Shown here piece after piece: positions 1 through 11,695 of a stretch of 64,000 nt of DNA; position 1 is the stretch's first letter; every line of letters starts with the position of its first letter. Source of the stretch: Vicugna vicugna (lineage: Eukaryota); the NCBI GenBank assembly GCA_013265495.1, contig MU061814.1, positions 4,322,759 through 4,386,758 on the forward strand, written 5' to 3'. The notes below the pieces were generated by a model. The model saw only the letters and a program-made list of their open reading frames with translations, did not search any database and was not told where the DNA came from. The position numbers and the translations under genes are program-made.

Positions 1-1144
1 CTGACTCCCATTAGCTCTGGTTCTCGGGGTGTCACTTCACTTCTCAAATCTCAAAACTGCTGGCAAAAGGCGATGCCTCATTTGGAGCAGAACCATTCAG
101 CAGGACCAGTAATATCTATTATTATCCTGGCGGCGTCAGTGATAAATTCCACCAGACTTCCACTGGGGTCACTGGCGCACATCGTGGTATCACATGTCTT
201 GGCAATGAAGAGGTTCTCTCTCCAAGAGGGGGTTGGGGGCGGCAGTCTTCCATTGCTTCATTAACTTCCCAAAACACATCCAGGTGTGTGATGCTGAATT
301 CGTTGCGACAGGACAGGCGACTTAGCACCAAGATTTGTCTGCCTTGGTTCCTTCCTTCACACACCATGTTTTCTTGAATTGGCGCTCCCCTGCTCAGTGT
401 TCCCTGAGTGTCAAATTTTTAACAAAGACTTCTTTCCACAACCTCCATGGTATTCAAAGGACTGAGACATACATGTCAAATATTTTAAGTCATTTACAAA
501 CGTATTGAGATTTTCTAATGGTAAATGAGCAGAATGGGGCTGTGGATGGCAAAATTACCAGTTGCATACAGTAATCAGCGGTTGTCTACCACCCATACGA
601 GACACAGTGGAGAGGAGGCCGGACAGATTTAGCGACTCAATGGATGCATCCAAAAGTACCACTTAGAACCCAGTATTTATTTTCCATGGAGAAGAATAAC
701 TGTGCTGTTTCCTACTAGGAAATTTATGACGCTTTTTTTCTGTTTAACCAATAACACCTTATGGGCACTTGAAAATTATATTCGCTTATGGATCAAACAG
801 TCATTTTCATTTGTCCTGACAGAAAAGCATAAATTGCAGTGGGGTCCCCAAAGACCAGGTTCAGGCACGGCTCTGCTAGAATAAACATGGCTACAGCCAA
901 ACTCCCCATCACTCAGCCTGGGGCTGATGACTTGCTCAGGCCACTCCCTTCACAGGGAAGCCAGACTCTGCTCTTCCTTGAGGCCCAGGCTCAGTCTTCT
1001 CTTCCCACAAACTTCTCTCCAGACATCTCTGCGCTGACTGCTCTCTCCCTGCAGGCCTCCATGGTAGGTGGACCAGTCAGCCCCCCTTTTCACCTCTCTA
1101 AAATCCATGCCCTTACTCTGTCACTTTCCAGCTCCTCTTACTAA

Positions 1145-1397
1145 GCACAGAGTTTGTTACCATGCACCTAAGTTTTGGATTTGGCCGCACTGTTTGTTCC
1201 GGCCAATGGAATTTGGAAAGAGGAATATTCGCAAATTCTAAGCCTAGGACAGGAGTTTAAAACTGCCAAGCAGAGCCCAGACAAGACCAGCAAAACCACC
1301 CTGGCTAATGCACAGACGCATGAAAACTAAATGCTGATTTTTATCCACAACTAATGCTTTGTGGCTGTTTGTTACACAGCACTACCTGATTGATACA
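1145..1397 (+). mobile_element. MaLR LTR remnant (MLT1I/J/K-like)
   Basis: ggccaatgg...ctaagcctagg...agcagagcccag...cacagacgcatga...gtttgttacacagca...tgataca is the typical MLT1 3' half and terminus. Confidence 0.65.
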
Positions 1398-2689
1398 ACC
1401 TCCTATAGTGTTTTTTTCATGCAGTGCAATGAGTGTGACAGATACGCATCTCAGCCAACTGATACACATATTTATGGCATTTTTCCCCCCAAAACTCAAC
1501 CCAATCCCCAGGCCCCATGCTCCTTAAGTGGGATAAATTCAGTCTCATTCTGTTTAACTCTGCCCATTGCCTTTACCCTGTCTTTGTAACAAAATTCTAA
1601 AAGTTTACAAAGTACGAAGACAGGGAGGGGCCCCTGTGGTCCTTAATGTCATCCACCTACAAAGCTGATTACTAGATGTCCATTAGTCATGGCCCATTTA
1701 GATCGCCCTGGGGACATCCTCGCCCACCTGGGCCCTTCTGACATAGAGTCTCTCTCTTCCACATCTGTCACATGGGGACGTCCTGTTGTTCCAACCATGT
1801 GCTTGGATCTGAACTACTCTGTGTGGTGCCCTTGCGCCTCCTTTGACTCATCAGAGCAGCCACATTGTCCCTGAACTATCCCTAGAGAGAGGTATCCTCT
1901 CCCTCTGTGCTGGGCCTGACAAGCCTCTCCGGACTTGGCCTCCTTTCCTGGTGCTTAGTCCAGGAGTGACGGCAGGGGGCCCATTTCTACAGTGCCAGCT
2001 AGTGGCTGTCCCCCTCAGGTCACGGGAACCCCTCCGTCTTCCCAAGGAGGCTCTTCTGGTCTGAGGGCAAGAAAGACGGTCCTTTGTTTTCTCCCAAATG
2101 AGCTGACTATTCCTTGAGTCTTTTTGTTTGCCTAGGGACCTGGACTTTTGAGATACAAGATCCAGGAAGAGATGCCATGTATTCTGACGTCACCATTCTC
2201 CTTTCCGTCAAGAACCACGGACAACGGTGATGCGTGCGTGTCGATTCTGAGGCAGCATAACACTTTGCAGAGGCGTGAAAGAGGCAGTATGAGTTTGCTT
2301 TTTGTTAAGAGAGCTTACTGTTTGGTTCAACAACAACAACATAACAAGTAAAAGAAGCAATTAATTAGTTGGATTAGTCACATTTCACTACGACTAATCT
2401 CCCAATCACGGATGAAGACCTCGGCTAGGAGTGCCCGCGCCACGGTGGTAGCGGCGGTCTCCACGGCACAGCTGGCGTCTGGCTTGTTGGTTTGCTGCGC
2501 TTGTCCCTCTCAGCGACAGTCAGCGATGACAACAGAGCTCTTCACAGGTGGATCTTCGGTTCATTGAAAGTTAAAGAGCTACAGAAAACGCAGTGATGCA
2601 AGTCAGGGAAAAGAGCGAGTCCCCTCTGCACGGCCATTTCTGATTCACCAAACCAGGGCTGTGTTATCAGCCTTGGCTTCGCGGTAGGA

Positions 2690-3340
2690 CAGACTCTGAG
2701 GAAATTCACAGAAAGAGCATCTTGGAGCTCCGTAGAGGGTCCCCCGGGCATGTTCAGCTGAGTGCTGATTAGAACATACAGCCCAAGGGGCCTACCTGTG
2801 GCCGGGGAGAGAGCCGCCTGAAAGGACTGGAGGGAGCAGTAACAGGCATCCGTACGGGGCCGGGAACAGCACGTCTGCTCCTCGGTCTAGCTGAGAAAAC
2901 CTGTAATTCATCGAACGTTTGTCAAAGTATTCAGGAGGGTTTTGCTTCCGTAGAAGCAAAAAATTAGCTCCAGACTAAGCACAGCTCTCGAGCCGCCTAG
3001 AACAGTATAAAAGACCTGGAAGGACTAACCTGTCTCCAAGTAACTTACACGCATTTGAAAAAATAAAAACACACACACACACTTAGAATATCAACAAGAA
3101 TACAAAAATAAGCAGCTCTTAAAAGATACAAGCCACACAATGTCTAGCTGTAACCAAAGATTACCAGACATACAAAGAGGCAGAAAACACCACCCAAATG
3201 AGAATGATTGATTGGAATTAGCTCAGAACTGGTGTTAGAATTAACAGAAAAAGACATTAATACAGTTATTGTAACTCTATTCCATATGTTCAAAACATCA
3301 CTTAGAGAGAGGCCTGGAGGATGTAAGAGAGATACGAGAA
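2690..3340 (+). mobile_element. Old LINE-1 5' region / ORF1 start (L1MC/MD-like)
   Basis: ccaagtaactta...acaatgtctagc...aaagattaccagacatacaaagaggcagaaaa...aaagacattaatacagttattgtaactctattccatatgttcaa resembles L1M 5' ends. Confidence 0.7.
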
Positions 3341-4301
3341 GTTTTTGAAGATACCACCCCCACACAACTTCAGTCAAAGTCTCCAGAAAGGGGGCCCATC
3401 TATACGTGTATTTTTTTAAAGCTACTCCGATGAGTTGAGTCGAGAAACACTGCACTCACAAAAATCTAACACACTCCAAGGACTCCCAGCTTCGAAGAAC
3501 TTCTTATTTGCCTTCAGGAAGCCACAGCACACTCAGAAGTTCCCAATTCATTGATCAGGGTTCCCCTCAAGGAGCAAGGAAGATTCAGGGCCTGTGTGCA
3601 CCCTCGCCACGCAGTGCCCTGCCACATCACAAGAAGAAAACTTGGGACAGTGGCGTTTCCCTAGCACAGCCAAATAAAACATAAAACCAAAGAGCAAATC
3701 ACAGTTTCTGGAAAAATGTGTGCGGTGACTGCGACCTGTTTCTGCAGTGCACGTACACTTAGCCATTTCCATGAAAACCTGACATAAGTCTTCAGGTTTC
3801 AAAACACCTACAAATTCCACCCCTCTTCACTGCGAGCTGGCGAGTGCACTCTCACATCCTCCTGAGCACCTGCAGGGACCCAGCACTGTGTTTCTAGCAG
3901 GCAGTAAGGAAACACTTGCTGAGCTGCTTCAATTGGGTGGTACGTGGAGAGTCCTCTTGTAAACCGAGCTAGTTTTGAAGAGCATCGCAAACATACGCAG
4001 ATCACAGACACTGATGGGTGGATAGAAGACCTGCGTGCAGCGTGGGGCTCTGAAAACGCCAGGGAGCCTGGGTTCCACCCCACACTGGTGAGGCCAGACT
4101 GCCAGGGGAGGCCTCTAAGTGTGGGCATCTTCTAGAAACACCCTAGGTAGTGCGGATGCTACCAGGGTTACCTCTGTTGCTGCAGGCATGGGTGCTGAAT
4201 AACAGTGCATCTTACTCAGCACTTTGACGACTCAGACAAAAGGTTCAGTCCAGTATTAGAAAGTCTTTAACGTGTCTTTAACTCTTGGGTTTTTCTGGTG
4301 T

Positions 4302-5130
4302 TCTTTTTAAATCGAAATATATTTGATATATAATGTTGTATAAATTTAAGGTGTGCGTGTTAATTTGATCTCTTATATACTGCAACATGATTGCCATGGC
4401 AGCGATAATTAGCACTTCCATCAAGCCCATAATTATCATCTGTTTAGTGGTTGGAATTATTAAGATCTAGTCTCTTAGAAAGTTTGATGATTGTAATGCG
4501 ATCGTGCTGTCTGCGCTCACTATTCTGTGCTCCGGATCTCTAGGACCTAACACTGCTGCTTTTACGTCTGTGCCCTTCAGCAGCCTCTGTCCTAGCCCCC
4601 ATCCCGCCCCCTCAACCCCTATTTCACTCTCTACTTTTACAAGTTTGGCTTTTTTAGATTCCACGTACAAGTGATGCTGTACCGTACTTGTCTTTCTCTG
4701 TCTGACTTATCTCCCTCAAGTTTCATCCGTATTATCGCACGTGGCACGTGGCTGGAGGTCCTTCTTTCCCACGGCTGATTAATGTTCCTCTGTGTGTGTG
4801 CGCATGCAGACATAAATCTCACATCTCTTCTATTGATTCGTCACCCGATGGACACTTGGGTTCTTTCCGTGTCTTGGTTACTGCAGCTCATGCTGCAGTA
4901 AACACGGGAGTGCATCTGTCCCTTTGATATCCCATTTTCATTTCCGTGGCTATATACCCAGAAGCAGGGTGGCTGGATCATACGGCGGTTCTATTTGTAA
5001 TTTTTTGAGGAACCTCCATGTGTTTTCCACAGTGGCTGAACCAACTTATACACCTACCAGCAGTGCACAAGTTTCCCTTTTCTCCACATTTCCACCAACA
5101 TTTGTTATCTCTTGTGTTCTTAACTCTTGT
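4302..5130 (-). mobile_element. LINE-1 3' end (L1MA-like)
   Basis: Recognisable antisense L1 ORF2 end and 3' UTR: tatatacccagaagcagggtggctggatcatacggcggttctatttgtaattttttgaggaacctcc; tttttagattccac...; T-rich left end is the poly(A) side. Confidence 0.88.
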
Positions 5131-5214
5131 TAACACATCCCTTTGACATACGGATCTCCAACTAAGAGTCTGGGAAGATAATGGTGTCTTTTTCAAATTT
5201 AATAATGTTTTTCT

Positions 5215-5310
5215 GGTTCACTCAGGGTCTTAGTGGCTGCCAGACTCATGAAATTGGAAGAGGCAGAGCTAAGATTCAAGCCTTATCCTGTCTGGAACCA
5301 AAGGTACGAT
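5215..5310 (-). mobile_element. MIR fragment
   Basis: gaggcagagctaagattcaagcc...tgtctggaaccaaag resembles antisense MIR. Confidence 0.5.
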
Positions 5311-5596
5311 TATACATATGTCTTTATAGATGTAAAAAGGGATGTACTTATACAACTTACATATAACTTACCAGGGTTTATGGATTGATTGTACATGGTG
5401 TAGCCTGAAGAATTAAGGGGGGTTTTGTAAGGGAGACTTACATGTGAGGTGAATCTGAATGATGGAGTCTTGTGGGGCAAGGGACATATGTTTCAAGCAG
5501 AAAGGTCAGAAAGTAAAATTTCAAAGGATGTTGGGGAGGGCCTTGGTAGGGCTGGAGTGCAGAGTTGAAGGATGAGTCCTGGCAAGACGTGAGATA

Positions 5597-5720
5597 GCTT
5601 TCAATAAATGGTGGTGAACAATTGGACTTTCCTGCAGGAAAAAAAAAGGTACTTCTAACTCACATCATATGCAACAACCAGTTCAATGTGGATTAAAGGA
5701 ATAAATGTGAAAGGCAATTG
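5597..5720 (+). mobile_element. LINE-1 ORF2 fragment
   Basis: tttcaataaatggtggtg...aactcacatcatatgcaaca...tggattaaaggaataaatgtgaaagg. Confidence 0.6.
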
Positions 5721-5799
5721 TTTCTGTAGATCGTAGGAAAGTGTAGAGGAGAATGAGTGCAGTCACTACCAACAAACCAATCAACTGGCTGTTGTTTGT

Positions 5800-7130
5800 C
5801 CTGAACTTGTGAGCAATCTGTCTTTTCTCTCTAGTTGCTTGAAGATCGTATCTTGTCTTTAGTTTTCTGCAGTTTCACTGAAATATGTCTAGGATTGTGT
5901 GTGTGGGGTAAAATTTTATTTATCCTTATTAAGATTAATTGCACTTCCTGAATCTGTGAATTGGTGTCTTTCTTCAGTTCTGGAAGATTCTATCTGCCGT
6001 TCAGTCACACACTGTTCCCAGCTTATTACTTCTTTCCTCTGATTTGGAACTCCAAATAGACATGTATTGTGTTTTTATAGTCCGTATTTCATGTCCGTTT
6101 TCCTCTCATATTTTTCCATTTCTGTGTCTATCTGGGCTGCATTTGGATAATGTTTTCAGATACTTGTTTCAGTAAACTAATTATCTTTTCATCTGTGTGT
6201 AATCTGCTGTCAAACCCACTTGCTGAGTTTTAGTTCTGATCCCTTCTCTTCTTTCACATTTGAAATTGGTTCTTTTCCAAATGTGTTTGGTCATTTTATA
6301 CTCTCTCGTTTCCCCTATATTTGTAATCCTTTCATTTATCTCCAAAAACAAACCAAACACACTCATTTTTATATTTGGTAACTGACAATGTTAATATCTA
6401 AAAAATTCTACATAGTTGTTATACTGTCTGTTGTTTTGTGAATCCTTGTTCGTGGTGCCTGGTGTTTCTGTGAGTTTATAACTTCTGAATGAGTTCATAT
6501 TTATTTAGAACCTCATCTATGGCCATTCCTCCTGCTCTGTGTTGAAGGTGTGATTACTTCCTTTCAGTTCTGTGAGTTTTTGAGAACGTCACCAGCAAGA
6601 CCTGCATTAAACAACACTCTCCGTCTGAGGCTTCACAGACTAGGTATTAATGTAAATTCAGCCCTCAATGCTGAATTCTCAAGTTATCAATTTCAGGACA
6701 GATTTTCCCTCTCTCACATCTGCCTCGAGGTTTGAGAGGACAGTGGCCCCACAGCCCCTGGGGGTGGATTTGTCTCCACTTGACCTTGCATTGGGTGCAG
6801 ACTCTTGGGCGCCCAGGTTTATGGGGAAGGAACTCTTGGTCTACTTAGCACCTTGGACAGATCCCCAGCTTTGCTTTCTCTCCCTGCAGCCTGAGGCTCT
6901 AAATGAAGCTCTGATATGCTGGGCTGTCAGATGCCCTCAAGGTAGAGCCAGCTTCCCTGCTCTTATCACCTCTCTGGGTTCCAGTAATAATCAGTTGCTG
7001 GCCTCCAAGTATAATTTACTTTCTTGACGGCACATCATGCATTTTAAAGGTTTGCTTTTTTTTTTTTTTAATCCAGCGTTTTGGGTTGGTTTCAGTGGAG
7101 TCTGTCATATCTAGCCCACCATTCTGCCAG
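5800..7130 (-). mobile_element. Ancient LINE-1 ORF1/5' remnant (L1ME-like)
   Basis: ttttctgcagtttcactgaaatatgtctagg...cttcctgaatctgtg...ttcttcagttctggaaga...aatctgctgtcaaaccc; ends with an L1ME 5'-like atccagcg...ttcagtgg...gccaccattctgccagaag. Confidence 0.65.
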
Positions 7131-7494
7131 AAGGCATTCTTTGTAATAGCTGCATAAAATTCCACATTATAAAGTCCCACTTTTTAATCATTGTTGGATG
7201 GATAGTCAGTTTGTCTCCAGATTGTTTGGTTTGGTTTTGATGCAAAAAGAGTCCTTACGCATGCATTTTTATGAGTGTGCGCTCTCATTTCTGAAGGACT
7301 GGTTCAAAATACCAGAACGCCTATATCCACAGGACGCTGTGTTTGTAGATACATAGAGTCACACACATACCTGCAATATCTCACAATGTGCACATTTACC
7401 TCTTCTTTTGTCCCAAACTTTGAAAAATAAATAGTTTCAAACTAGCATAACGAGCATGTGCACACACACCGACACTGATCCATATACTTACAGT

Positions 7495-8600
7495 ATGTAC
7501 TGTTTTGTCGAACCACTGGAATCATATAGCCATCAGGACACGTTAGCACTAAATATATCAACATGTATTTTTAAAAACAACCACCACATAACTACAACGT
7601 AGTTATCACACACAGGAAACGCATGTTAATATCTTACTATCGAGAATGCTATTCATAGTCAAATGTCTCCAATTGTCCCCAAAACACCTTTTACAGATGT
7701 TTTGTTTTTTAATCCAGGAGAAAGTCCAAGATCAATTAAAGATCACAGATTGCCTTTAGCTGCAAAATTCCCTTAATCCCTTTTTAACCTGGAACGGTTC
7801 TCTTAGCTTTATTTTTATTTTTGCCTTTCACGGCATTGGTCTTTTGGTGAGTCCAGGGTAGCCATTTTACAGAATATCCCTCAAGTGCATTTATCTGACT
7901 TGATTTGATTCAAGGTAACCATCTGTGGTCGGAACACCTCCTGGGAACTGCACACCACATCAGAGGATGCGCGCAACCACCGGTTCCCGTTACTCGCTGT
8001 GCTAAGTCTGAGCACTTGGTTAGTGTGGGGTCTGCCGTTTCCCCCCTGTTAAGCTATCCTTTGCCCATAGTAATCAATAAGTAATTTATGAGACCAGACT
8101 TCGATCACGTAGTCAGCCTCTCCTCACCAGCAATCTTCCGTGCAGCGACTTCAGCGTTCATAGACGGTTCTTGCCTGAATCAGTAATTATTATGGTGACT
8201 GTACAGTGGTGATTTCCTGTTTCTTTTATTCTTCTACATTTAGTAATTGATATTTTTCTGTAAAGAAGAGCTTTCCCATGTACCTCAATTTTTAAAATGT
8301 TCATTCACTTATTTATATGAGTGTGGACTTGTGGATTCTTTGGGTTTTTTTCCCCTTATTTGATGTGTTCTGACCCATTTCCTGGACCTGGCCAGTGGGA
8401 ACCCCTCAGACTGGCCATGGTGTTCTTTTCTGTCTCCAAACATTTGTGAGCACTTTCTTCACCTGAGCACAGGAGCATGTTCCCATTTCATTTTGTTCTT
8501 TCCAGCTCCAGCCCCCCACCCCCCACTGAATCCGTGGGGTCTCGTGGCTCCGGCTCCTCTTGGAAGGAACACCATTTAGAAGCTAGCACCTCTCTGAGTC
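7495..8600 (-). mobile_element. LINE-1 3' UTR (L1MC4/5-like)
   Basis: Extended similarity to antisense L1MC 3' UTR: aattgtcccc...tccagg...gatcacagattgcctttag...ctggaac...ttcttgcctgaatca...gtaaagaagagctttccc...tggccagtgggaacccc. Confidence 0.8.
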
Positions 8601-8829
8601 TCCGACACGCTCTCCCCTTGACTCTCAGGGCGACGCCTTTCCCAGCCCCACTGCCGCCTCTGTGCATGTTCTGCGGGCTTGTCTTGCACGTATGTCTCTG
8701 CGGTTGGTCCTTCCCGTGACGCTGACGTGAAGTTCTTCCAGGCTCTCCTGGGATGGCATCAACCCCCCCCACAAGGTTTTCGTGATAATTTATACCCTGC
8801 CAACTCCCAGGCCACCGTCCCTGTGCTAG

Positions 8830-9030
8830 CCTGTCTCCAGAGCTCAAGTCCGCTGTTTACAACTGTATACTCAACGCCCTGCAGACATCTCAGACCCACT
8901 CACTTCACTTTCAATTAAAGGCATCACCACCCACCCAGTCTCCAGGACTTAAACATGTCACCTCCTTTCTCTGTCACCCAATTTCTCTATTTAGTAACCA
9001 GATTCTGCCAGATCTAACCCAGAAATGTCT
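8830..9030 (+). mobile_element. L2 fragment
   Basis: cagacatctcag...ggcatcaccacccacccagt... resembles L2. Confidence 0.5.
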
Positions 9031-9934
9031 TGTGCACCACGTTTTCCTCTCCAAATTCAGTGCTATGTGAATCCCCACTCTCCCTCGTATGACGGTCTCT
9101 TGTTCTGCAGTTCTCATGACTTGTCTGGCTTCTTATGCCAGGATTACCTCCTGCAGAGTAAACGAGGTGACATGCGTGGCGTACATTCCTCAGCCCCCAC
9201 CCCCTTTCCTTCTTAGAGTAAACTCTGATGTTGATCTGCTCACAGAGACACCTAGCCACCTGGCTGTGTTCCCTCTAATGAGACACAGCAAAAGTGCAAT
9301 GTGGGATTTTGATGGAGGGCGCCCCTTCCTGCCTCTCTTCTCCTTCTAGCCTGCAGCTCAGAAGGCTGCTCCCCAGGGGTCATCTCAGACCCTCAGCTGA
9401 TCGGGAAGATGAGAGCCATGTGTTGAGTTGATGGGCAGAGAGATGGAAGCCAGCACCCCAGGTGACGCTATGGAAATATCTTCTCCTATGTCCCTCCTCC
9501 AAGTTACTGACGCCTTCCTCGAGGCTACTACCTACAAGATATCAACTTTGATCTTTTTTAAGCCATTGCTTTTGGGCAGGGGGAGAGTGTGTCTCCTCTG
9601 GGCAGCTGCCCCAATCCCAGCTGGCAGCAGATGGCATCGTGGCAGAGCACATCGCCTTGGGAGCTAGCCACCACTGCCCTTGGAGTGAGCTGCAAGGTCT
9701 CCATCAAGCGACGTAACTACTTTAAGACTCACTTTATTCTCCACCAAGCAAACCCCTTTCCACTCTTCTTCAGTGGCCAGTTTCTACCCATGCTTCAGTA
9801 TCTAAGCCAGGTGTCACCCCGAGAGAAGAGGGGCTTCTGGGTGCTAGTCGTGTTCTACATCTGGATAGGGATTCACTTAAGAAAGTCGTATCTTTAAGAT
9901 CTATACACTTGGGTGTCTCTCTCTCTGCATGTAC

Positions 9935-10198
9935 GTGATGTGGATGGAGGTGCAGAGATGGAGGCAGATATAGTGATAGGTGTGGAAGTAGAAGTAGAGG
10001 TAGGTGTACAAGCAGAGAGAGCACAGGTGGAGAGGGAAGGGTGGAGTAGATGTAGATGCAGAAGTAGGTGTAGAGATGGGTGTAGGTACAGATGTTGGTG
10101 TAGGTGTGGAGACAGAGGTAGACATAGAAGTAGATGGAGATGGAGAGGTAGAGTCAAGGCAGAGAAGATGGAGAGTTAAGGGTAGAGACAGATGTAGG
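9935..10198 (+). repeat. Degenerate purine-rich hexamer array (GTAGAT/GGAGAT/GTAGGT-type)
   Basis: Visible 6-nt periodicity, e.g. gtggaa gtagaa gtagag gtaggt; gtagat gtagat gcagaa gtaggt gtagag. Confidence 0.9.
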
Positions 10199-10783
10199 AC
10201 CGTCTCCATCTACTTCTATGTCTACCTCTGTCTCTACACCTCCCTTTCCCAGACTGGCCAGTGAGCTCCCGCCCCCCCAGGAGCAGCCACACGAGGACTC
10301 GCACGAAGCTCTCCGCCAACGTCCATGAACACACTTGCAAACAGAGATTCTTTACGCACAGTGCACATTTGGGGCCTTGACGAAATGGCTTCCACGTGCC
10401 TGATTCCAAATGCGTGAAATCACGCCTCCTTTATTTAGTCTAAGACGACTTTCTTTACGCTGCACGAAACTACCTCCTGAACTTGGGGACCGGGATTTTG
10501 AAAACAAACGCTTCTCCCTCCCTCCATTCCCTTTGAGACTGAGCACACTTGATCCACATCCCCTGACCTTCCGTCTGGGAGACGACGCAACTTCGGGGCC
10601 CGATTCTGGGGAAGCCCCTGTCTCTGCTCCACCTCACAGTGGCTTCCTGAGTCATGCCGACCAGCACCGCAGACGTCCTCCAGGTGCGCAGGCCCCCACC
10701 TTGCTGGACACTTGGGCAAGAAAGACGACAAAAGGCCCACGTGTGAAAGAGGGACGGTGTGTGGGCTCACATGATAATCATAG

Positions 10784-11001
10784 TAAGTTTGCCAGATTTA
10801 GCAAAAGAGAAAAACTACATCTAATTAATTAAATTTCAATGTCAGATAGTTTTCAGCATATTTATGTCCCATGTGATAAATAATTTCTTTGGTACTAGTG
10901 TGTCCCAAATATTGCATGGAACTGACTTACTCTAGAAAATCGTTCATTGTTTCTCTGAAATTCAAATTTCACTGAGTGCTTTGTATTTACGGGACAACCT
11001 G
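10784..11001. mobile_element. MER53 palindromic hAT MITE
   Basis: Termini tttgccagatttagcaaa... and ...gtattt..gacaacct; centre tgtcccaaatattgcatgg; internal arms 10831-10846 and 10954-10969 are 14/16 reverse complementary. Confidence 0.78.
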
Positions 11002-11539
11002 AGACCACAGTGCCTTTGCCTAAGCTGTACTCACCGGCCACAAAATGCTGCTTGGACAACATTGTCCTGCTCGCTCCACACAAAAGCCTAGCTCGGTGGG
11101 CGGAGCAGAGGTCACTGGCTGCACTGAAATGAAGGTGTTCAAGAAAAATCACAGCGCCAGCAGGCGGCAGAGCTCTCACCAAGCTCTGGCTTTTATTTTA
11201 GCCACATTCACGGCTGTACTGGTGGGACAGGCGACCCTTTCCATGGAAGAAGGTGATCGTGTCTCTTTCCACAGCATGTCTTTGCGGCATCACTTTTCCT
11301 TGGGAAGGAAACTTGCCCCATCCTGAGTCCATGTGTTCAGGAGGGACTGATCATGGACCCAGGCACGGAGAGTCTGCAGAGCCCTTCTCCCCGGCCATGG
11401 CTGTCAGCTCACTGGCCACGCCGAGGACACACTAGTGAGACACAGTCACAGCACTTAGGCTGGAAGTTACTGAGAAAGAGGACTCTCTTTTGGGAGGGGC
11501 TTCCAACTTGGTAAGCCATCACAAAGGAAAGAAAAAAGA

Positions 11540-11695
11540 GAGTGAACCTTGACAAAGTAATTTGATCACCTGGATCCAGCTATGCCTGAAGGCTGATGGC
11601 CTCGGGCTTGAATTTTCTTTATTTCTTTTCTTTCCCCCCTTAATCCAGGTTTACGTGGGTCTCTGCCACTTGCCGACAAAACGGTCCTGAACACC
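11540..11695 (+). mobile_element. MaLR LTR 3' fragment (MLT1K/L-like)
   Basis: cctggatccagctatgcctgaagg...gtgggtctctgccacttgc...aaaacggtcctga. Confidence 0.6.

Noticed and set aside
1-367. Possible decayed transposase or exon at the window start
   Set aside because: I could not match any frame to a known family; BLASTX or RepeatMasker would be needed.
9770-10264. Overlapping ORFs with VEVEV, HLHL and TSTS repeats on both strands
   Set aside because: Direct result of the 6-nt periodic array; no splice or coding signal.
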